A stretch of 32,000 nt of DNA, taken from positions 330,001 through 362,000 of the forward strand of contig JAJRVL010000004.1 in NCBI GenBank assembly GCA_024277355.1, read 5' to 3'. A program made the position numbers and the translations under genes. Positions 16,695-22,113 of the stretch are shown here, piece by piece. A model generated the notes under the pieces. The model was not told the DNA's origin, made no database searches, and saw only the letters and a list, made by a program, of their open reading frames with translations. How positions within the stretch are numbered: the first letter of the stretch is position 1; each line of letters starts with the position of its first letter. This stretch comes from an archaeon. GTDB lineage: Archaea > Iainarchaeota > Iainarchaeia > Iainarchaeales > 1-14-0-10-31-34.

Positions 16695-18515
16695 ATGAAC
16701 ATAAAACAGAAATTAATTAAATTTAATTTAGAGAAATTTCTTATTTTATTAATTATAATTAATTTTCTTGTAATTTCTTTTCCTTTGTTTTTGTTTACTC
16801 CTCCAAATAACCTGTATCCTGATTCAGCAACACACTACAAACTGACTGAATTAATCAAACAAGATATACAAAACATTAATTATAATCCAGGATACAGAAA
16901 AGGATTTCATTTAATTACTGCTTTTATTTCAAATTTCATTCCAATAGGCTATGCAATAGCATTAGTAATAACTGTATTTGTTGGATTACTTATTTTTTAT
17001 TCTTTCAGGCTTTCATTGCTTTTAACTAACCAAAAACTTACTGCATTATTTACTGCATTAATTATTTCTTCAATTACAATTCTTTCTGATGTAGGAATAA
17101 TTCCTTCTCCTGTTCCTCAAACAATAGGATTAAGTTTAGGAATAATTGCAATGTATTATTTTTTCAAAGAAAACTGGATTAAAACAGGATTAAGCATTGC
17201 ATTGTATTCAGTTATTCATTCATCTTATATATTTTTTTTAGGGTTAATGGTTTTAACTTCCTTAATTGTATTATTCAAAGAAAACAAAACAAACAAATTA
17301 ATTGTTTTTGGAAAATCTTTTGTTTTTATAATAATCACTGCTTTGCTGACAACAATAATTTCTTTTTCTGATTCAATTCCTTTCTTTCATTTAAGCCCAG
17401 AAATAGGCTTAATTGATGTATCAATTTCTCCTTTAAGCTTGCTTGACATAACTTTTCCTTTTGGAATGATTTTAATTGCATTAATAGGAACATATTATTC
17501 AAGAAAACAAATTCAAAAAATTGAATTCTATTCACTGATTTTATGGTTTGCAATTCCAATTATTGCCTCTCAAAGCTATTGGTTTAATTTACAGTTGTTT
17601 CCTTCTTCAAGAACAATAGTTTTCATGCTGTTTCCTTTAGCTTTTTTTTCAAGCCAATTAATTTCATTAATTAAAAACAAAAAAATAATTTCAATAATTG
17701 CAGTTTTAATTTTAGTTCTTTCCTTTTTTGGACATTATTATTTTTATGAAGAACTTCCAAAAAATGACTTCAAAAAAATAATGGGAAAAGAAGAAATAGA
17801 ATTAATTAAATTCCTGAAAACAAAACCATTAGATGAAATTGTTGCAGCAGAAAACAGGAATTCACAAATGATTTCTTTAGCTCACAAACAAAACACTTCG
17901 CAAAGAAATTTCTGGCTTATTTTAATAAACAAAAAAACTAATGAATTATTTGACTTGCAGGAAATAAGTTATTTGTTAATCGACAAAACAGAATTCAAAA
18001 ACTACGAAGTAATTGAAGGATCAAATGAATTTGAAAACAAAAAATACATTTTAATTAAACTGAAAAAAACTAAAGCAGAAAAAACAGACAAATTATCTGA
18101 TCATGCACTTGCATTAGCAACATTCTGGAATACAAGACAAGAAAAACTAATAACAAATTCAATTTATTTCTTAAAAATAAATGCAACAGATACCAAAGAA
18201 GAAATCTGTATTTCAATCCATCAAGGACTAAAAATTTCAAACTGTCCAGAAAAAATTGATTTTGAAGTAAATGCAGAAAAAAAAGTTTTAACTGAATTAC
18301 TTAATTCATATGAAAAAAACTATTTTTACAATAAAGCAGCATATTTAATCAGAAACGAAAAACTTGAAGTTTATCCTGATGAAATAACATTTATTGACGG
18401 AGGCCCTTATTCCATAACAAGACTGGTTTACTATTACAAATGGGTTAACCAGTCACCTTACTCTCAAAAAAATCTTTTTATTGGAAAATTATTATTAAAG
18501 CTTGGATTAAAATAA
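16695..18515 (+). CDS. Large polytopic membrane protein with soluble C-terminal domain (possible GT-C-type glycosyltransferase)
   Basis: 606 aa with about 10-11 hydrophobic helices in the first 350 aa and a soluble remainder. The architecture resembles PMT/ArnT-like GT-C enzymes. No WWDYG (AglB) motif was seen, so the function is tentative. Confidence 0.4.
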   Translation: MNIKQKLIKFNLEKFLILLIIINFLVISFPLFLFTPPNNLYPDSATHYKLTELIKQDIQNINYNPGYRKGFHLITAFISNFIPIGYAIALVITVFVGLLIFYSFRLSLLLTNQKLTALFTALIISSITILSDVGIIPSPVPQTIGLSLGIIAMYYFFKENWIKTGLSIALYSVIHSSYIFFLGLMVLTSLIVLFKENKTNKLIVFGKSFVFIIITALLTTIISFSDSIPFFHLSPEIGLIDVSISPLSLLDITFPFGMILIALIGTYYSRKQIQKIEFYSLILWFAIPIIASQSYWFNLQLFPSSRTIVFMLFPLAFFSSQLISLIKNKKIISIIAVLILVLSFFGHYYFYEELPKNDFKKIMGKEEIELIKFLKTKPLDEIVAAENRNSQMISLAHKQNTSQRNFWLILINKKTNELFDLQEISYLLIDKTEFKNYEVIEGSNEFENKKYILIKLKKTKAEKTDKLSDHALALATFWNTRQEKLITNSIYFLKINATDTKEEICISIHQGLKISNCPEKIDFEVNAEKKVLTELLNSYEKNYFYNKAAYLIRNEKLEVYPDEITFIDGGPYSITRLVYYYKWVNQSPYSQKNLFIGKLLLKLGLK

Positions 18516-18524
18516 AAACTAAAA

Positions 18525-18812
18525 TTAATCCAATACAGTTAAAGTTCCAAATTTTCCAGTGCTTAACTGTTTTTCGCCTTTATATTCAGAAACATATCCA
18601 TTTTCTATTTTAATTTTTTTTCCTTCTTCAACCTGATCAATTTGTTCATTCCACAAACTGATTTTAATTTCTCCGGTGTCATCTTTTCCTGCAGCATTAC
18701 AGACTCTGCCTGAAGCTCTAGGAGTATCAAAATTTCTTATTTCTCCTTTGCTTACAATTTCTAATTCAATATCTATTTTTCCTTGTCCGGATTTCAATTC
18801 TTTTACTTTCAT
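18525..18812 (-). CDS. OB-fold single-stranded nucleic-acid-binding protein (short RPA/SSB-like)
   Basis: 95 aa. IDIELEIVSKGEIRNF....GRVCNAAGKDDTGEIKISLWNEQIDQVEEGKKIKIENGYVSEYKGEKQLSTGKFG is the typical single-OB pattern of small archaeal RPA-like proteins. Confidence 0.6.
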   Translation of the reverse strand: MKVKELKSGQGKIDIELEIVSKGEIRNFDTPRASGRVCNAAGKDDTGEIKISLWNEQIDQVEEGKKIKIENGYVSEYKGEKQLSTGKFGTLTVLD

Positions 18813-18963
18813 TTCATCGCCTCACTATTTAATATATACAATATAAGTAGTCTATCTTAAATTTTTAAAACAAAAAAACTTTTAAAACAAATGCCCTGCA
18901 ATTAAAGAAATAAACCTATTTTATTAAATTTCCCTTAAATAAATATTAATAGTAACTGTTAAA

Positions 18964-19020
18964 ACAGCAGGACTGAATGAAATGAAGTCGTGCACGCATG
19001 TCAACTGGGCGTGACAGTTG
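18964..19020 (+). repeat. GC-rich tRNA 5' leader element L1, copy A (abuts tRNA-Ser)
   Basis: ACAGCAGGACTGAATGAAATGAAGTCGTGCACGCATGTCAACTGGGCGTGACAGTTG. It is 57/57 nt identical to the reverse complement of 26256-26312. It ends in a hairpin CAACTG-ggcgtga-CAGTTG whose last G is tRNA position 1. Confidence 0.85.
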
Positions 19021-19176
19021 CAAGGGTGGCAGAGTGGTTTAATGCGCGGGCCTGCTAAAACCTTTTTAGAAAAAAGGTTTATCAAAAACAGGTAAACTTT
19101 TAGGGAAAAAAAGTTTATCAAAATTGCAGTTAGCCCGTGCCCTTTGGGCGCGCGAGTTCGAATCTCGTCCCTTGCG
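19020..19176 (+). tRNA. tRNA-Ser (anticodon GCU), class II, with 74-nt intron at 37/38 (19058-19131)
   Basis: Manual fold. Acceptor GCAAGGG/CCCTTGC; anticodon stem CGGGC/GCCCG with loop CTGCTAA; long variable arm GCCC-ttt-GGGC. T arm GCGAG-TTCGAAT-CTCGT and discriminator G. BHB: CTGC (19052-55) pairs GCAG (19126-29), flanked by 3-nt bulges TAA and TTA. Confidence 0.9.
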
Positions 19177-19305
19177 TCAAACGTTTCGCCGTTTGAGCAC
19201 GATGCACGACATCGCTTCGCTCAGTCGAGCTGTCAAAACGTAACAGCTCTATCGAGCTGAAAGCGAAGATAGTGCACACGCGTCAACCGAGTGAACGGTT
19301 GTTTT
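19177..19305 (+). other. Structured GC-rich spacer between tRNA-Ser and tRNA-Leu (trailer hairpin plus L1-like element L2)
   Basis: Helices seen: TCAAACG/CGTTTGA (19177-96), TGCAC/GTGCA (19203-07/19272-76), CTTCGCT/AGCGAAG (19215-21/19262-68), GAGCTGT/ACAGCTC (19227-33/19243-49) and CAACCG/CGGTTG (19284-89/19296-301). The 3' half aligns to L1. Confidence 0.6.
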
Positions 19306-19537
19306 GCAGGAGTAGCGAAGTGGTCAAACGCGCCAGACTCAAGAAAACTCTCTGAAAAAAAGTTTAATTAGAAACTTCAAAAAGCCTTCAAAAACTTCCC
19401 ACAAACTTTTTAGTAAGAAAGTTTTTCCCGAAATCAACTTATCAAAAAAATTCGCTTCAATGCGAAAGATTGATTTCAGGATTTTGGGGTTATCTGGTGA
19501 CTTAGTGTCTTCGGGGGTTCGAATCCTCCCTCCTGCA
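19306..19537 (+). tRNA. tRNA-Leu (anticodon CAA), class II, with 148-nt intron at 37/38 (19344-19491)
   Basis: Manual fold. Acceptor GCAGGAG/CTCCTGC; anticodon stem CCAGA/TCTGG with loop CTCAAGA; variable arm GAC-ttagt-GTC. T arm GGGGG-TTCGAAT-CCTCC and discriminator A. The BHB is imperfect (CTCA against GGGG/TGGG). Confidence 0.85.
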
Positions 19538-19594
19538 TCGCGCTTTCGAGCGCGAGAACCGAAAAACGTCCAACCTATTGCTTTGCAATAGGTT
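19538..19594 (+). other. Two tRNA-Leu trailer hairpins
   Basis: TCGCGC-tttcga-GCGCGA (19538-55) begins immediately after the discriminator. A perfect 10-bp stem AACCTATTGC-ttt-GCAATAGGTT follows (19572-94). Confidence 0.5.
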
Positions 19595-19649
19595 ATAAAT
19601 TTTCAAAAAAAAGTTTAATCAAAAAGTTTATTCTATAAAAAAAATAATT

Positions 19650-19967
19650 TTATTTTAATTTGGGTTTTATTATTCTTTTTTTTGGAGTTTTAGTTTTTTT
19701 TCTTTTCACAGGAGTTAAGGGAACTCCATTTACTAATCTGCTATGCAAACGCAGTTTGTTATGGGTTTTATGCATTGAAGTAATCCAAATTTTTCTTTGC
19801 TTCCATAATCTTTTATTTGATTTTTTAAAACCTATTTCTTCAGCTAATTCTTCAAGCATTAATGCAAATTTTTTCGCATCCCTTTTTTTTGATAAATCTA
19901 AATAAAAAGTTTTAATTAAAAATTCTTTTTCTTGAGGAATTAATTCTGCAAGTTTTCCTTTTTTCAT
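19650..19967 (-). CDS. Hypothetical protein with basic C-terminal tail (TPVKRKKTKTPKKRIIKPKLK)
   Basis: 105-aa ORF. No domain recognised. Confidence 0.5.
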   Translation of the reverse strand: MKKGKLAELIPQEKEFLIKTFYLDLSKKRDAKKFALMLEELAEEIGFKKSNKRLWKQRKIWITSMHKTHNKLRLHSRLVNGVPLTPVKRKKTKTPKKRIIKPKLK

Positions 19968-20053
19968 ATTTCTAATTTAATTCAAGAATTTATTTAATTC
20001 TTTTGTTTTTATGCAAACAAAAGATTAATATTCTTTTATTGTGTTTTTTTTGC

Positions 20054-20710
20054 ATGGTTGATTTAAATTCATTGATTGAAACATTATTGCCTGAGTTTTA
20101 TGCTAAAGCACCTGAATTAGGTTTGTTTACTTTATCTATTGTGCTTTATGGAGTATTAATTTTTGAATTTTATCGTTTTGTTGCAAAAAGAGATGTGTTT
20201 GGTTTTGATATTGAAAAATACAAAAGAGGAACCGAAGGAATTACTTCAAAAATATTTAATTTTTTGTTAGGCGTAATAAAATACGGAGCAATTTTCCCGT
20301 TTTTTGTTTTTGTCTGGTTTGCAGGATTTTCTTTTTTATTATTTTTTATGGCAAAAAACTTAGGAACTTCAGAAATACTTACTGTTTCAGTTGTTTTTGT
20401 TACTGCAATAAGAGTTGCAAGTTATTATAATGAAAGTTTAAGCCAGGATTTAGCTAAACTAATCCCTTTTGCATTATTAGGTGTAGCAATAATTGAACCC
20501 AACTTTTTTTCTTTTAAATTAGTTGAAAGCAGATTAAATGAAATTTCTTTGTTTATTATTGAAATTACAACTTATTTTTCTTTTATTGTAGTAGTTGAAT
20601 GGATTTTAAGAATTTTATTATCAATTAAATTTTTAGTTTTTGGAATAAACAAAAAAGAAATAGTAAAAGAAGAACTAAAAGAAGAAATTGAAAAGATAGT
20701 GAAAGACTAA
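20054..20710 (+). CDS. Membrane protein of unknown function
   Basis: About 5 hydrophobic helices and a charged C-terminal tail (KKEIVKEELKEEIEKIVKD). Its stop overlaps the start of the permease gene (TAATG). ATG at 20054 is preferred over the track TTG at 20003 because AAAAGATTAATATT lies about 20 nt upstream. Confidence 0.6.
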   Translation: MVDLNSLIETLLPEFYAKAPELGLFTLSIVLYGVLIFEFYRFVAKRDVFGFDIEKYKRGTEGITSKIFNFLLGVIKYGAIFPFFVFVWFAGFSFLLFFMAKNLGTSEILTVSVVFVTAIRVASYYNESLSQDLAKLIPFALLGVAIIEPNFFSFKLVESRLNEISLFIIEITTYFSFIVVVEWILRILLSIKFLVFGINKKEIVKEELKEEIEKIVKD

Positions 20711-22017
20711 TGCAGGAAAAATTAAGGCTTAAAAGAGAATTAAGTTTAACTGAAGCAGTTTTATGCGGAATAGGAATAATTCTTGGAGCAGGAATTTATG
20801 TTATTATTGGAAGAACTGCAGGATTAGCAGGAAATACTTTATGGATTTCCTTTTTGATTGCAACAATTGTTGCTTCTTTTACTGGATTAAGTTATGCTGA
20901 ATTAGCTTCAAGATATCCAAAAGCAGGAGCAGAATTTGAATACACAAAAAATGCTTTTGATAAACGAATTGGTTTTTTAGTTGGCTGGCTTACAATTATT
21001 GCAGGAATAGTTGCAGCCTCAGCAGTAGCAATAGGCTTTGGAGAAAATTTACTGAAATTAACTTCTGTACTTTCATTACCTGAAATTCCAATAATTTTTT
21101 CTGCAATAACTTTAATTGTTTTAAGTTCATTTATTATTTTTTGGGGAATAAAACAGTCAGTAAAAATTGCAATAATTTTTACTTTAATTGAAGCATTAGG
21201 TTTATTATTAATTATTTTTATTGGAATTCCATTTATTGGTTCAGTTGATTTAATGGAAATGCCACCTGCAGGATTAAGCGGAGTGTTAAGTGGAGCAGCA
21301 TTAATTTTCTTTGCGTTTATTGGCTTTGAAGAAATGGTGAGAATGAGTGAAGAAACAAAAAATCCAGAAAAAACAATTCCAAAAGCATTAATGTTAGCTA
21401 TAGCAATTACCTCAATTTTATATGTTTTAGTTGGAATTTCAGCAGTAAGTGTTGTTCCATGGGAAGTGTTAAGCACAAGTCCTGCTCCTTTGTCTTTAGT
21501 TGCAGAAGAAGTTTTTGGTTCAAACGGAGGATTGCTTTTATTAATTATAGTTTTGTTTTCTACAGCTAATACAGTTTTGTTGGTTTTACTTGCAGCTTCA
21601 AGAATTGTTTACGGAATCGGAATAGATAAAGAACTTCCAAACATTGTAGCAAAACTTCATCCAAAAACAAAAACGCCTTATGTTGCAATAATTTTAATTA
21701 TGTTTTTATCAGCTTTATTTGCTTTATTTGATATTAGTTTTTTAGCTAAAACAGCAGACTTTGTTTTGTTTATTATTTTTATTATAATTAATGCAGCAGT
21801 AATAATGCTTAGAATAAAACAACCAGAAATAAAACCAAAATTTATGATTCCATTTAACTACAAAAACATTCCTTTAACAGCAGTATTAGGAATTTTTTCT
21901 GTTTTAATTTTAATAGGCCATATTGAATTAGATGTTATTGCATTGTCTTTAGGTTTAAGTTTTATGGGATTAATTTTTTATGAAATAAGCCACAAACTAA
22001 ACAAAAACAAAATTTAA
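20710..22017 (+). CDS. APC-superfamily amino acid/polyamine permease
   Basis: 435 aa with about 12 TM helices. GAGIYVIIGRTAGLAGN and FAFIGFEEM are typical of the APC family. Confidence 0.88.
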   Translation: MQEKLRLKRELSLTEAVLCGIGIILGAGIYVIIGRTAGLAGNTLWISFLIATIVASFTGLSYAELASRYPKAGAEFEYTKNAFDKRIGFLVGWLTIIAGIVAASAVAIGFGENLLKLTSVLSLPEIPIIFSAITLIVLSSFIIFWGIKQSVKIAIIFTLIEALGLLLIIFIGIPFIGSVDLMEMPPAGLSGVLSGAALIFFAFIGFEEMVRMSEETKNPEKTIPKALMLAIAITSILYVLVGISAVSVVPWEVLSTSPAPLSLVAEEVFGSNGGLLLLIIVLFSTANTVLLVLLAASRIVYGIGIDKELPNIVAKLHPKTKTPYVAIILIMFLSALFALFDISFLAKTADFVLFIIFIIINAAVIMLRIKQPEIKPKFMIPFNYKNIPLTAVLGIFSVLILIGHIELDVIALSLGLSFMGLIFYEISHKLNKNKI

Positions 22018-22113
22018 TTGTTTTTTGGTTTTTTCTTCTAAAAGAAAATTATTTATATTAGAATAGAGTTCTATTACATCATCAATATACAAATATTGAT
22101 AAGAGGGGTTGAA

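Noticed and set aside
18964-19020. L1 as a C/D-box or H/ACA small RNA (its length of about 57 nt and a CTGA raised the idea)
   Set aside because: No RUGAUGA C or C' box occurs on either strand, and only one CTGA is present. The ACA near the 3' end is not conserved in the L2 copy (ACG).
18924-19121. 65-aa minus-strand ORF sharing the peptide CHAQLTCVHDFISFSPAV with the ORF at 26185-26388
   Set aside because: It lies across the tRNA-Ser 5' exon and intron and the L1 leader. The shared peptide is simply the translated 57-nt repeat. There is no RBS or promoter context.
20892-21476. 194-aa antisense ORF inside the APC permease gene
   Set aside because: It is the complement of a hydrophobic-codon-rich gene. 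It has no independent start context, and the sense ORF has clear family motifs.
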